Counted from the first letter of the whole stretch, positions 41,098 to 55,149 are shown. The stretch is DNA of 63,367 nt, filler included, from Conidiobolus incongruus B7586 (GCA_000697335.1; 23 parts of 23 records of this genome joined end to end with filler, not necessarily neighbours in it); one strand, 5' to 3'. Translations and numbers: made by a program. Notes: generated from the sequence alone by a model not told the origin.

Positions 41098-42140
41098 TTT
41101 AATTCTAATTATTTTTTTATAAAAATTTTTTAATTATAAAATTTATATTAAAATTTAATCATATTTAAACTAGATAGTGATTATCAATATGCTTTTATTT
41201 TTATATTTTTAAAACTTAATTATAAATCCTTTAAAATTATCTAAAACTTGTAAACAGCTTATAAAAATGATGTTTTATCTAAAACTACCATATATTGCTG
41301 GATTTGTGATTTTAAAGCTAAAAGAGATATTATTTAAAATTTGCTAAAATCTAAAATTTAATTTTTATTGTTATTTTTTCACTTATTATTAGAGTAAAAA
41401 AATATATTAAGAAATACATTTTTATAATAACTAGGGAATTATTAAAGCAATTTTATATTAATTTTATAAGTATGTTATATATATTTAAATTTAAACTTAG
41501 ATTAATTAATAAAAACATAAAATAGATATCTTATAATTTAACAAAAACCTAAAAGAAAACTAGAGTAGCTATAGCTAAATTCAACTTACTCAGGTATAAC
41601 TAAAAACAAAGGTTTTTATAATAAATACTTATAATTAATAAATTTTAAATTCCTTTATATAATACTTTACTTAAAAATAAAACAAGATATTAGGTTAATC
41701 TAAATTAATCATCTTTATATATTCTAATTAATAAGTATCTTAAATATAAGCAATTATTAATTATTGTAATGAATTATAATAGTATATAGTTTTCTTATTT
41801 AATATCTCAATGAAAATCAATCAATAGTAAATTTTATATTAATTTTTTAAATAAAACAATTTTTAAATAATATTTTAATATAAATTAATAATACCTATTA
41901 TTTTGTATAATAATTACAATATATATAAAATTAAAGCTAAAAAAGATTTTATATTTAAAAAAATTAAAGAGAGTTATCATATCTAATATATTTACTTGAT
42001 TATAACCTATATAATTATAATTGTTTTAGATAATTAAAAAATTAGCTTATAAGAAAGAAAATTCATATTAATAAATTAAATTAGTTTGTAATATCAAATT
42101 TTAATTTTAATCAAAAAACTATTTTTTAGATATTAGAAAC
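41098..42140 (+). mobile_element. Mariner family B copy, 3' end lost in gap
   Basis: TTA TCT AAA ACT ACC ATA TAT TGC TGG ATT TGT GAT TTT AAA GCT (LSKTTIYRWIRDFKAG, HTH region), a WIPHNL relic at ~41520, a TIDESW relic at ~41631, and TAT TTA CTT GAT TAT AAC CTA TAT AAT TAT (YSPDYSPCDY-derived). Confidence 0.87.
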
Positions 42141-43039
42141 NNNNNNNNNNNNNNNNNNNNNNNNNNNNNNNNNNNNNNNNNNNNTTAATTAATTAANNNN
42201 NNNNNNNNNNNNNNNNNNNNNNNNNNNNNNNNNNNNNNNNTATAATACTATTATAATCAATATTTAATAATATTCTTTTATAATAATTATATATATAAAA
42301 GGTTAAATTAAATTAAAGATAAAAATAAATTATTTGCTGAATTTTATTAATAGTATTAAAAAACCAAATATTAATTGTTTTTCAAAATTCATGAGGTTTA
42401 TTTTTATCTTTTTCGTGTATCTTTTAATATAATTTTATATTCAATGCTTGAAATCAAAGACAGTCAATCTATATATAATAGTAATAATATATTTTTAGCT
42501 ATCAACATAACTTTTTATTTTTTTTATTTTAAATATTTTGAAAAATATTTATTTCTGCTATTTGCAAAATATTATAATATAAACTAGAATATTATAAGTG
42601 ATATAAAAATCTTCATAAATTTTAAGAATATTTTATAAAATTTAAAAATTATACTATTAATGATATTATGAAATATAATAATATTAAATTTATAGTATAA
42701 TATCAATCATATTTATATCAATATTCTGAATATTAAATTATTTAATTATTTTGTCTAATTTACAAAAAATTATATAAAATTAACTAACTTATCTAATCAA
42801 ACATTAAAATATATTCATATATTATTAATAAAAAATCTTGAAATAAAAATTGACTATAATTTGAATAATATAATACGATTCTATATTCAAATATCTATGA
42901 TATATTCGATTTTGATAAATTTAAATATATTTAAAACTAATATTATTATTTTAAATTATTGATAAATATTATTTTAAAATAAAATCTATATATAATTTCT
43001 AATATATAAAACACTAAAATATATAAAATAAGAAATATT

Positions 43040-43446
43040 TTATTTTTTTAATAGCTTTATATTATACTTATAGCAAATTTCTAATTTTCAATAAGCAATC
43101 CATTTTATTAAAGACTAAAATTTAATATTTTAAATCAAAATCAATTTTTTTAAGAATTGGTTTTTTTTGCAAACTTATTATTAATTAAACTTAGCAATCA
43201 TAATTAGAAATATCATAATTTAATAAATATATTAACAATGATAAGTTTTCTTAACTATTTATAAGGAAGAATTTTTATAACTTCAGTTTTATATATTTTA
43301 CCTTAATAATATAAAATTATATTATTTTTATTTTAATAAAATTGATTATTGGGGAATTATTATATTTTAAAAAATATAAAGATTATATTAAATAGATTAG
43401 TTTTTAAAAATGGAAAAAGGAAACTATATAAAGTTATATTATATAT
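43040..43446 (-). mobile_element. Mariner family B C-terminal fragment, diverged
   Basis: Collinear with ~39830-40240 (TTTTATTAAAGACTAAAATTTAATATTT versus TTTTATTAAGGACTGAAATTTGATGTTT). Confidence 0.6.
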
Positions 43447-43546
43447 NNNNNNNNNNNNNNNNNNNNNNNNNNNNNNNNNNNNNNNNNNNNTTAATTAATT
43501 AANNNNNNNNNNNNNNNNNNNNNNNNNNNNNNNNNNNNNNNNNNNN

Positions 43547-44822
43547 TTTATATTTTAAACAAAATTAATAGAATTGATTTTAAAAAAATTATATTATCTT
43601 ATTACAAATAATTAAATATTTTATTTAATATTAACTTTATAATTATAACAAATAATTTTATTTTTATAAGCAAAAATCAATACAAAAAATTAATTAAAAA
43701 ATTTAATAATTTATAAGTTTATATATTTATTCATTATTTATCTATTAATATTTTATTTATTGATTTTAATAAAATTATATCTAATAATTATTTCTTTTAT
43801 TATATAATAAACTAATTTACCAATGTTTTTAAATTTATAAGGAAATTACCTCCTAAATATAATATTAAGTATAAAATTTAACTTTTCTTTAGTGTATAGT
43901 TATATTTAAAGCTTACTTACCATTTATCTCTTAATTAATACTAAACTTTCAAAGAAGAAATCTAAAAATTACTTAAAAATAAATAAATTAAACCTTTTTT
44001 GTCATTATAAAAATAATTTATTCTCTTTATAAAACTATTAATAAAAGTTAAAAATTATATATTAATAATTATGTTTTAAATTATAAAACTATTAAAGATA
44101 ATACCTTATTATTAAATTTTTTATGATATTAAGAATCAATTACTTAAATCAATTATATTCATCAAATTATATATATAAAATATATATTATAAAATTAAAG
44201 TAAAGGATAATTCTATTTTCTTAATTATTTTAATACTTTTCTAAGTTATTATCAATTTACTATTATAAATTTCAGATTATATAATATTTTTGTAATTTTT
44301 ATTTAATTTACCAATTCCCTTTTTAACCTTGTTTTTAATCACTTTAATTTTATTTATTTTAATAATATCTTATTTTTTTTAAAACTAATATTAATTAATT
44401 CAATATATTAATTAAGTTTATAAATTTTCTAAATATATAAATTACTTTTAAAACTATTAAATTATAATTTTAATTTTTTCTTATCTTATTCTATAGTTAT
44501 ATTTTTTTTTAAAAAATAATATTGATTTAATAATATAAAATGTTATTAAAACTTTTACTATATTTACAAACTAAGATTAACTTATATTTATACTTAATTT
44601 ATTAAATTAATTTAAAGATTTAACTGATTCTTTATTAAACTTATAATTTTTTTATTAATCTCTTAAGAAAAGACTTTCTTTTAAATAAGCCTTATTATAT
44701 ATTTTTTTTATAAATATTATAATTTTATATTATTTATACTCTTTTATTATTTATTATTAATTTAAAACTACCTATTATAACTTTTATTAATTTTAATTAT
44801 TTATAGTTAATAGGAATTTATT
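43547..44822 (+). mobile_element. Ty3/Gypsy reverse transcriptase relic, hypermutated
   Basis: Ordered decayed motifs: LPPK (43846), RLS, PSSSPWGSPILFVK, IDYRALN..TIKD, GHYQFTVMNFGLCNAPATF, and TAT TTT AAT AAT ATC TTA (YxDDIL) at 44355-44372. Confidence 0.85.
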
Positions 44823-44922
44823 NNNNNNNNNNNNNNNNNNNNNNNNNNNNNNNNNNNNNNNNNNNNTTAATTAATTAANNNNNNNNNNNNNNNNNNNNNN
44901 NNNNNNNNNNNNNNNNNNNNNN

Positions 44923-46745
44923 TATATTTTATTAATATTATAGGATATTAACACTATTTAATATAGATTTTAATATATTAGTGACTTATTTAAGTTCAAA
45001 GCTTATTTAAACTTTGTTTATATTTTTACACTATATTTTATATTATATTATTATATTCTATACCATATTACGATTATATTAGATTTTCCTCTATATTATA
45101 TTAATAATCTTTTACTATTATACTTATATAATAATAATGTTAAAATTATTAAAATTCAACTAGAAAGTTAATAACTGCTTATATTAAGTTTATTTATTAT
45201 TATTCTATATTTTATTTATAACTTATTTTATTTAAATTTAATATTATATAATATAAAACCATTAAAAAAAATACCCTTATATTATTTTAATGATAATTAA
45301 ACTTAATTACTAAGTGAATTAGAGACTTTAATCTTTAAAAGCTTATTATCTTTTAAAAAACTTATTTTGAATAATTTTTGGTTTAGAAAAATTTTACTTA
45401 AAAAGTTTAAATCTAATAAACTAGTTATTTTATTATTATTAATATATTAAATCATCTTTTTAATATTTTTAAAAATAAATTAACTAGTTATAATAACTTT
45501 AAAAACCTCTATAAGCTTAAAAACTATTTTAAATATATAAATAATTATCTTGATCTATTTTTAATAAAGATTTAAAGAATATCTTTAAATTAATTACTTT
45601 TGTTTAGAAAATTTACTTATACTTAGTTATTAGCTTATAATAAGCTTAATTTTAAAAAGATTTAGGAGGATAATCTACTAGAAGAATATAAACTTTTAAA
45701 TAATTAGAAAAAACTTTTAAAAAAAGATATTACCAAAAAGATTAAGTTTAATTAACAAAAGAAAAGCTTTCTTAACTTAAACCAAAAAATTCTACAAGGT
45801 AATTAATTAAGAAATTTAATACTATATGCTTTATTATATTAAATATCATTAAAAAAATAAATCTTTAAATTATTAAAATAATTTAATTTTTAAATAAAGC
45901 TCTAATTAGTTAAACAAAATATTTTAATAATATATCTTTTTTTAATATTTATAAAATAACAATTGTAATTAGTATTATCTTTTATTCTATATTTAAATCT
46001 TTTTACTTAAAATATCAATCTTTTAAAATATATTTTAATCTACTTGAATCTAAAAAGATAAATATTTTTATTTTGAGATTTCATAAGAAAATACTTATTA
46101 AAGAACTTAGAGTTTATTTAAAAATTAATAAAAGTCATTATTATTGTTAAACAATTTAAGTTAACTATAAAGTTAATAAATATCCTTTAAAAAACAATGT
46201 CAGTAAAATCTTTAATAATCTTAATTTACTAACTACAAATTAAGTATAAATAATATTAATATAATTTTAAAATCACTTTTTTATAATTAGTTAATAGATT
46301 TTAAACTAATGCACAAAAGTTTTAATAAATTAATGATTTTACAAATTAAATTATATATACTAAAGAGATTTAGCTTATTAAATCATTAAAAACTAAAAAT
46401 ATTTTAGTAATTAATTTATTTTATAATTCTTTAACTTAAAATATAATTTTATTATTTGTTTAAACTAGTTATTTTATAGATACATTTGTTAGTGTTTTAA
46501 TTAACTTTAGTTATTTTAGCTATATTATATTTTCTTCTATTATTTCATAACTATCTTTACCTATTTAAGAGAGTAATCTAATAATTAAATATATTAACAA
46601 ATAATAAAATAAACATCTAATATTATATTTAAATAATTTTATCACTTCATAACTATACTTAATATATTAAATATTTAATTGATAATATTAGTTATAATTT
46701 TATACTAGGTTAAAATTAGTTTAAATATCAAAACTTTATATTTAT
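44923..46745 (+). mobile_element. Ty3/Gypsy gag-protease relic, family C copy 1
   Basis: Inverted homolog of 48127-50060. Contains a Gag-like KLxQLKQ..S.R..IxEF block and protease GTT TTA ATT AAC TTT AGT TAT (VLIDSGC-derived) at 46494-46514. Confidence 0.75.
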
Positions 46746-46845
46746 NNNNNNNNNNNNNNNNNNNNNNNNNNNNNNNNNNNNNNNNNNNNTTAATTAATTA
46801 ANNNNNNNNNNNNNNNNNNNNNNNNNNNNNNNNNNNNNNNNNNNN

Positions 46846-48026
46846 TGATTAAAAAATTAACTTTTTAAAATTGGTTGTTTAATTTAATTATGTTTAAATT
46901 AAATAATAATCATCAAAAGTTTTTTATTTTAGAATTAATAAAACTTAACTATAAACCCTCTAAAATTATTTAAAATTTACAAGTAGCTTTTGATAATAAA
47001 GTATTATTTAAATCAACAATTTATTGCTAGGTAAATTACTTTAAGGTTAAAAAAGAAACTATCTAAAACCTGTTAAAATATAGAAAACTAACTTTAACTA
47101 TTATTCTTTTAATTTTTAATAGAGTGAAAAAATATATTAAAAAACACCTTTTTATTTAAGTTAGAGAATTATTTAAGTACTTTAATATTAGTTTTATAAG
47201 TATTTTATATATATTAAAGTTTAAACTCAAATTAATAAATAAAAATATAAAATAAATACCTTATAATTTAACTAAAGCTTAGAAAAAAGCTAGAGTAGCT
47301 ATTATTAAACAAAACTTACTAAAATACTATTAGAAGCTTAAACTATTACTGCAAATAATTATAATCAATGAATCTTAAATCTTTATGTATAATCCTTTAC
47401 TAAAACACAAATCAAAATGTTAAATTAAGTTAAATCAACCTCCTTTACAAATCTTTTTAAATAAACATTTTATTAATAAGCAAATATTAATTATTGTAAT
47501 AAATTATAATAGTATATGCTATTCTTATTTAGTTTTTGAAAGAAAATCTATTAATAGTTAACTTTATATTGTTTTTTTAATCAAAAGTATTTTTAATTGA
47601 TGTTTTCAATATAATTTGAGAAAACTTATTATTTTACATAATAATTACAAAATTCATAAATCTAAAACTATAAAAAACTTTCTAATTAGAAATAACCAGA
47701 AAAAACTACTATATCTAGTATATTCTTTAGATTATAGCCTATATGATTATAATTACTTTAGGTAATTAAAAAACCAGCTTTCAAGAAAGAAAATTTCTAT
47801 AAAAAAATTTAATTGGTTTATAAAACATCAAATTTCAGTCTTTAATAAAAAAAACTATTTTTAGGTGTTAGTTTTTTGCTTAAATTATAGCAAAAAGTTA
47901 TTAATAATAAAAGAAACTATTCAATTTATATTATATATTTATTTTTATATATTATATATTAAAATATTTATTTATTTTCAATTACAAAAAATTCCTATTA
48001 TTAAAAATACAGAGTAATATATTAGT
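46846..48026 (+). mobile_element. Mariner family B copy between gaps
   Basis: ATC AAT GAA TCT TAA (IDESW). TTA CAT AAT AAT (LHDN, D position 47640) and TAT TCT TTA GAT TAT AGC CTA TAT GAT TAT (YSPDYSPCDY, D at 47745) have 34 codons between the two Asp positions. Confidence 0.88.
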
Positions 48027-48126
48027 NNNNNNNNNNNNNNNNNNNNNNNNNNNNNNNNNNNNNNNNNNNNTTAATTAATTAANNNNNNNNNNNNNNNNNN
48101 NNNNNNNNNNNNNNNNNNNNNNNNNN

Positions 48127-50060
48127 TTAATAATTTTATAATAGGGTAATATAGATTTTTTAAGATTAATTCTACTAATTTCTTTTAGAATATAAAAAAA
48201 ATAAATTTGTGACTTTTTAAAGAAATATTTATAGATATAAAACTGTGATATTTAAACTAATTTTAACCTAGTATAAAATTATAACTAATATTACTAATTA
48301 AAAATTTAATATATTAAAAGTAATTAGAAAGTAATAATAAATATTTAAATATAATATTAAATATTTATTCTATTAATTTGTTAGTATATTTAATTATCAA
48401 GTTATTTTTTTAAATAGGTAAAAATAATCTTATAATAATAATAAAAAAAATAATATAATTAAAGCAACTAGAATTAATTAAAACACTAACAAGTTTATCT
48501 ATAAAAGAATTAATTAACACAAACAATAAAGTGATAATTAAAGGTAATAAATTACAAAATAAATTAATTACTAAAATATTTCTAGTTTTTAATAGTTTAA
48601 TTAATTAGATTTCTCTAGTATATATAATTTAATTTGTAGAATTATTAGTCTATTAAAACTTTTGTAGATTAAATTAAAAACTGCTATTTAATTGTAAAAA
48701 AAGTAATTTTAAAGTTATATTAATATTATTTAAGTTTAATTTATGGTTAGTAGGTTAAGATTATTAAAAATTAAACAGATATTGTTTTTTTAAAAGGTAT
48801 TTGTTAGCTTTATAATAAACTTAAGTTTTTTAACAATAGTAACAATTTTTATTTACTTTTAAATAAACTTTAACTTCTTTATTAAATATTTTCTTATAAA
48901 GCTTTAAAATAGAAATATTTATCATTTGAAACTTAAGTAAACTAAAGTAAGTTTTAAAAAATTAATTTTTAAAATAAAAAAATTTAATAATAAAGTAAAA
49001 GATATTAACAATTATAAATATTATATCATAAATGTTAAAAAAACATATTATTAAATTTTTTTTTATTAACTAACTAAAGCTTTACTTGAAGATTAAGATA
49101 TTATAATAATTTATGGATTTATTTTTCTTTAGTGATATTTAATATATTAAAGCATATCTCATTAAATTTCTTAATTAATTATCTTATAGAAATTTTTTAT
49201 TTAAGTTAAAAAAGCTTTTCTCTTATTAATTAAACTTAATCTTTTAAGTAAAACCTTTTTTTAAAAGATTTTTCCAATTGTTTAAAAGTATATATTTTTG
49301 TATTAAGTTATCTTTTTAAAAATTCTTTAGGATTAAGTTTATAATAAGTTAATTACTAGATGTAAATAAATTTTTCTAAAAAAAAATAACTAATTTAAAA
49401 ATATTTTTTAAATTTCTATTAAAGATTAAATTAAAGTAATTTTTTATATTTTTAAAATAATTTTTAAGTTTGTAGAGGTTTTTAAAACTATCATAAATAG
49501 TTAATTTGTTTTTAAAGATATTAAAGAGGTAATTTAATATATTAACTATAATAAAATAGTTAGTTTATTAGATTTAAACTTTTTGAAACATATTTTTTTA
49601 ATCAAAAGTTGTTTAATATAGGTTTTTTAAAGGGTAATAAGTTTTTAAAAGCTAGAGTCTTAGATTTATTTAGTAATTAAGCTGTTATTATGATTAAAAT
49701 AATATAAGGGTATTTTTTTTAGTAGTATTATAGTATATAGTGTTAAATTTAAATAAAATAAATTATAGATAAAATTTAAAATAGTAATAAATAAATTTAA
49801 TATAAATAGTTATTGATTTTTAATAGGTTTTTTATAGTTTTATTACTGTTACTATATAAATATAATGATAATTAAACTAATATAATATAGAGGAAAACTT
49901 AATATAAAAGTAGTATGGTATAAAATATAATAATATAATGTAATTATAGTATGTAAATATAAATAAAGTTTAATTAAACTTTAAACTAAAGTAAATCACT
50001 AATATATTAAGATTTATATTAGGTAATACTAATATAATATAATATTAATAAGAAGTAGTT
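48127..50060 (-). mobile_element. Ty3/Gypsy gag-protease relic, family C copy 2
   Basis: Minus strand ~49060-49215 back-mutates to LFQLKQ..SVRQLIEEFDEIC..IPDITEEEQIHK (Retrotrans_gag-like). GTT TTA ATT AAT TCT AGT TGC (VLIDSGC) lies at ~48464-48484. Confidence 0.75.
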
Positions 50061-50289
50061 TTAATTTTAAAAGTAATATAAAAGTAAAAAATAATGATAA
50101 CTGAGAAGAAAAAGAAAAACCTAGTTTATTAGATAATTCAATACTATTTATACAATTAATTTAATTATATAAGTATAAATTAATTATATNNNNNNNNNNN
50201 NNNNNNNNNNNNNNNNNNNNNNNNNNNNNNNNNTTAATTAATTAANNNNNNNNNNNNNNNNNNNNNNNNNNNNNNNNNNNNNNNNNNNN

Positions 50290-51849
50290 CTAACCTATAA
50301 AAATAAGTCATAAAATTAAAAATATATATATTTCTATTAATATCTTAATCAATTCTAATTTAAATAAAATTATATTAAACTATATAATTAATATATATTT
50401 TTTATTTATAATATAATATATAAAATTAAATTTAATTAATTATAAATTGATATATTAAAATTAAAAGTATATTTAAAGTGAGTTATAAATTTATAGGTTT
50501 TAGTATTGATAGAAAAATTAATATTTAATATATCTATCTTTTGCTTTTTTACCTTTTTTAAGTTTATAAGGTATAGAGTTAACTAGCTTTTTATATTAAG
50601 TAAAATTAATATTACTCTTAACTTCTTAAATATACTCTTAAAGTTGATTTAAATTTTTTGTTAGGGGGAAAGCTTTAATTAATTTTTTTAGTTAATCCTA
50701 AAGATATTTAATTAAGTTAAAATTAAAAGATTAAAGAAGCTATTTTATAATAGTTATTTTGTTATTTTTAAGCTATTTAATAGTAGAATTTATAGTATAA
50801 CAAGGTGTATTATCTTATTAAATAATAATATTTGATTTTTTTAATCTATATCACTTAATAGTTTTTTTCAATTTATTGTTTAAAATACTTTAGTATATCT
50901 CAACATTAATTCCTTTGTTAACTTTATAAATATACCCTATACTTAAAAATAATATATATCCTTAAATTATAATTAACTTATAATGATATTTTTGGGTTAT
51001 AATAATATAATGATTATAAAATAATTTTTTATCTTTTTTGAAATATCTAGCTTTTTTATTAAATTTATTAAAATATATCTTTGTTATATTAAATTAAATA
51101 ACTTTATTTTAATTAATTTTAGTTCAACTTTAGTGTTAATATTTAAATTCTTATTTAATTTTATAATAAAACTTTTTTAGTTAGGGGTGTTTTTTTTTAA
51201 AATATAAGTGGTATTTATTCTTATATAAAATATATATAATAATATTAATATTAACTAATATCATTATATAGTTTTATAATTCTTGTTATATTTTTACAAT
51301 AATATTATATTTACCTATACTAACTAATTTATAAATATACTTTTTATCATATTTATTTATAATTTTAATATATCTAAGTTTTAGTTTAGGTGATTTTTAA
51401 TATTGTTTTTAATAACCCTAGCTATAATAGATTAATTAACACTAATAATTCTAGTAATCTCATAAGTTAATTTATTTTTATTTTAAAGTTAATTAGTATA
51501 TAAGTGAATTTTTTTAGAGAGAGATTTAAACATTATAATATTAATTTTAAAATATTAGCTTAATAGTTTTTATAAATAAATAATATAACAAAAAAAAGTT
51601 ATATATAAGTTTTGTTATTTATATTTTTTAACATATAAACCTATAAATTTATAACTCACTTTGGTTAAATTTTAGGCTTTAATATATTAACCAATAGTTA
51701 ATAAAATATAATCAAATATAGTTAATTATAATCAATTAATATAGGTAAACTATATATTTTAATTTAAATTTATTTAATTAAGAACTATTTAAGATATAGG
51801 TAAATATTTAAGTAATTTTGATTTTATGACTTATTTTTGCAAGCTAGTG
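50290..51849 (-). mobile_element. Tc1 family A near full-length copy
   Basis: TIR remnants at both ends (CTAACCTATAAAAATAAGTCATAAAA ... TTTTATGACTTATTTTTGCAAGCTAGTG-TA). Collinear with 8783-10349. Confidence 0.9.
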
Positions 51850-51967
51850 TATAATTTAATTTAAAATNNNNNNNNNNNNNNNNNNNNNNNNNNNNNNNNN
51901 NNNNNNNNNNNTTAATTAATTAANNNNNNNNNNNNNNNNNNNNNNNNNNNNNNNNNNNNNNNNNNNN

Positions 51968-53113
51968 TTAAAACTAATTAGAAACTATTAAGAGAATTAA
52001 AATAAGATATTATTTAGTTATTTTGATTAAATTAATTTTAAAATATATCAATACCTATAAAATATGCTAAAAAAATAAATATAATACCTAATTAAAATAT
52101 AATAAACTTATTTTATTATCAGCTTTTAATAAATTTTAATAGTAAATTTGAATTAATTTTATATAAACTTTTAAATCAACAAATAATGATAATAACTTAT
52201 GAATTTTAATTAATTTATTCTTTAAATAAATTTATTTTATTCTTTATTTCATAACTTTTATAACTAAAGATATTATATAACTATTATTCTCTAATGTTTT
52301 TAATTTTTATAAAATTTTATAAATTATTATATTTAATATGATATATATTTTAACTCTTAATTTTCAAAGTTATTATCATTTCTTTTAAGATTAACCTAGC
52401 TATGTTTATTATTAATTATTACTAAATTGATAGATTTATTAAAAAAATTATTAAAATCTTAAAACAAATGATTAAAGCTTATATTAATATTAATTTATTA
52501 AGTTAAAATACTTATATCTATTAACTTTAATATACATTTAATATTTTAATTAAAAGACTAATAGGTTTTAATATTTATTTTATTAATTATAATAAATATC
52601 CTAATTAATAGTTGTTTTAAAACTTTAAATCAACTTATCTTTAGATATTATTGAAATTTTAATTTAATAATAAATATATTAACTTTTTTATTAAAATCAA
52701 CTTAGAAATATTAAAAAATTATAAAATAATAATATTGAAAAATATTTAAAAATTCTTCTAAATATAAAATATGTTTATTTATTTAAAATGATTGGCTTTT
52801 AAACTTACTTTACTTAAATTGAACTTAAATCTAAAGCTCTTACTATTATATTATAATCCCTATAAAATTTAATATATTGATTTAAATTTTAAAAATATTA
52901 TTTTAAATTAGCTTTAAATGAGGATTAATTTTAACAATTATATATTTAAAATCAAACTTTATTTTGAAGATTTTAATATATTTCTTAATTAATTAAAAGA
53001 TTTAAAGCCAAAAATAATTATTAATTAAAATTAAAAAAATTTTATATTAGCTATATAATTTAATCTTAATCTATTAAAAATAAACTTTATTTTTAAATAA
53101 AATAAATAGGATA
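51968..53113 (+). mobile_element. Ty3/Gypsy integrase relic with possible chromodomain start
   Basis: ATG TTT ATT ATT AAT TAT TAC TAA ATT GAT AGA TTT ATT AAA at 52402 back-mutates to MSTANHxQTDGxTE, followed by ILKQMIKAY. The 3' end resembles P.III....F.V..I...Y..KW.GY. Confidence 0.72.
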
Positions 53114-53465
53114 NNNNNNNNNNNNNNNNNNNNNNNNNNNNNNNNNNNNNNNNNNNNTTAATTAATTAANNNNNNNNNNNNNNNNNNNNNNNNNNNNNNN
53201 NNNNNNNNNNNNNATTAATTAATAAAATTTGTAAAATTTACAAATTATATTTATTTTTTAAATTTTTATAACTTAAATATTATTCTAATAATTGATATAT
53301 ATAATGAATTAAAATAAAATTATAATAAATTTATTTATATATTATTTGATATTATTTATATTAATTATTTATAATAAAGAGTGTAAATAAGAATATTGCT
53401 AAATAAATATTTAAATATAATTATATTTAGTTTAAATTAAAGATCAATCTTATATGAAATATATA

Positions 53466-54994
53466 TAATTGCCTATAATAATGAGTCATAAATTCAGAAT
53501 TATTTATATATTTAATGATATCTTAAATAATACCGAATTAAATAAATTTAAATGAAAATATATAATTTACATATATTAGTTGATTATAACTAACTATATT
53601 TGATTATATTTCAATAATTCCTGGTTAATATATCAAAATCTGAAATTTAACCAAAGTGAGTATTAAATTTATGGGTAAATATATTAAAGGGGTATAAGTA
53701 ACAAAACTTATATAAATTTTGTTTATTTTTTATTATATTATATATATTATAAAACTTACAAGTTAATATACTAAAATTAATATTATAATTCCTAAATCTC
53801 TCTTTAAAAATGTTTATTTATATATTAATCAACTTAATCATAAAAATAAATTAACTTATAAAATTATTAAAATTACTATTGATAGCTTATCTATTATAGC
53901 TAGAGTTATTAAGAACAAAGTTAAAAAAATACCTAAATTAAAACTTAAATATGTTGAAATTATGGATAATCAAGATAAAAAGTATATTTGTAGATTAATG
54001 AGTATAGGTAAATTAATTATTGATATAGAAGTGTAACAAGAATTACAAAACTATTTATGAATATTTTTAATACTAATATTATTATATATGCTTAATATTA
54101 GAATAAATACCACTTACACCTTAAGAAAAAACACCCTTAATTAAAAAAGTCTTACTATTAAGTTAAGTGAGAGTTTAAATGCCAATATTAAAATAGAACT
54201 GAAACTAACTAAACTAAAGTTATTTAATTTAATGAAACAAAGATATATTTTAATAGATTTAATAGATAAACTAGATGTTTCAAAAAAGATAAAGAACTAC
54301 TTTATAACTATTATATTATAACAAACCAAAAGTATAATAATAGGTTAATTATAGTTTAAAGAAGTATATTATCATTAGGAGTAAAATATCTTTATAGGCT
54401 TATTAAGGGAATTAATGCTGAGATATTTTAAAGTATTTTAATTAATAAATTGAAAAAAATATTAAGTGGTATAGGTTAAATAAATTAAATATTATTTTCC
54501 AACAAGGTAATACCCCTTGTTATATTATCAATTCTATTATGAAATGGCTATCCCAATTTACTAATTTTAATATAATTGAAAATCTTTAGGACTAACTAAA
54601 AGAATTAATTAAAGTTTTCCACCCAGAAAAAATTCAGATTAACTTTAAAAGTATATATAAGAAGCTTAGAAAAATATTAGTTTTATTTAATATAAGAAGC
54701 TATTTGACTTTATGCCCTATAAACATAAAGAAATTTGAAAAACAAATGGTAGATATAGTAGATATTAATTTATCTATCAATAATAAAACCTGCAAATTTA
54801 TGACTCATTTTTGGAATACATTTGATTTTAATTTATCAATATAAAATTATTCAAATTTAACTTTAAATATTATATTATAAATAAAATATTTATATTAATA
54901 ATAGTTTAATTAATTTATTTAAATTAGAATTAATTAAGATATTAATAGAAATATTTATATTTTTAATTTTATAACTCATTTTTGCAAGCTAATA
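53466..54994 (+). mobile_element. Tc1 family A full-length copy with in-frame 33-nt deletion
   Basis: TIRs at both ends flanked by TA. Retains TTC CAA CAA GGT AAT ACC CCT TGT and ATT GAA AAT CTT TAG GAC (IENLWD). Confidence 0.9.
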
Positions 54995-55149
54995 TANNNN
55001 NNNNNNNNNNNNNNNNNNNNNNNNNNNNNNNNNNNNNNNNTTAATTAATTAANNNNNNNNNNNNNNNNNNNNNNNNNNNNNNNNNNNNNNNNNNNNTATA
55101 TTTATTTTATTTATTATTATATAACTATACTATATATATCAAAATTTAA

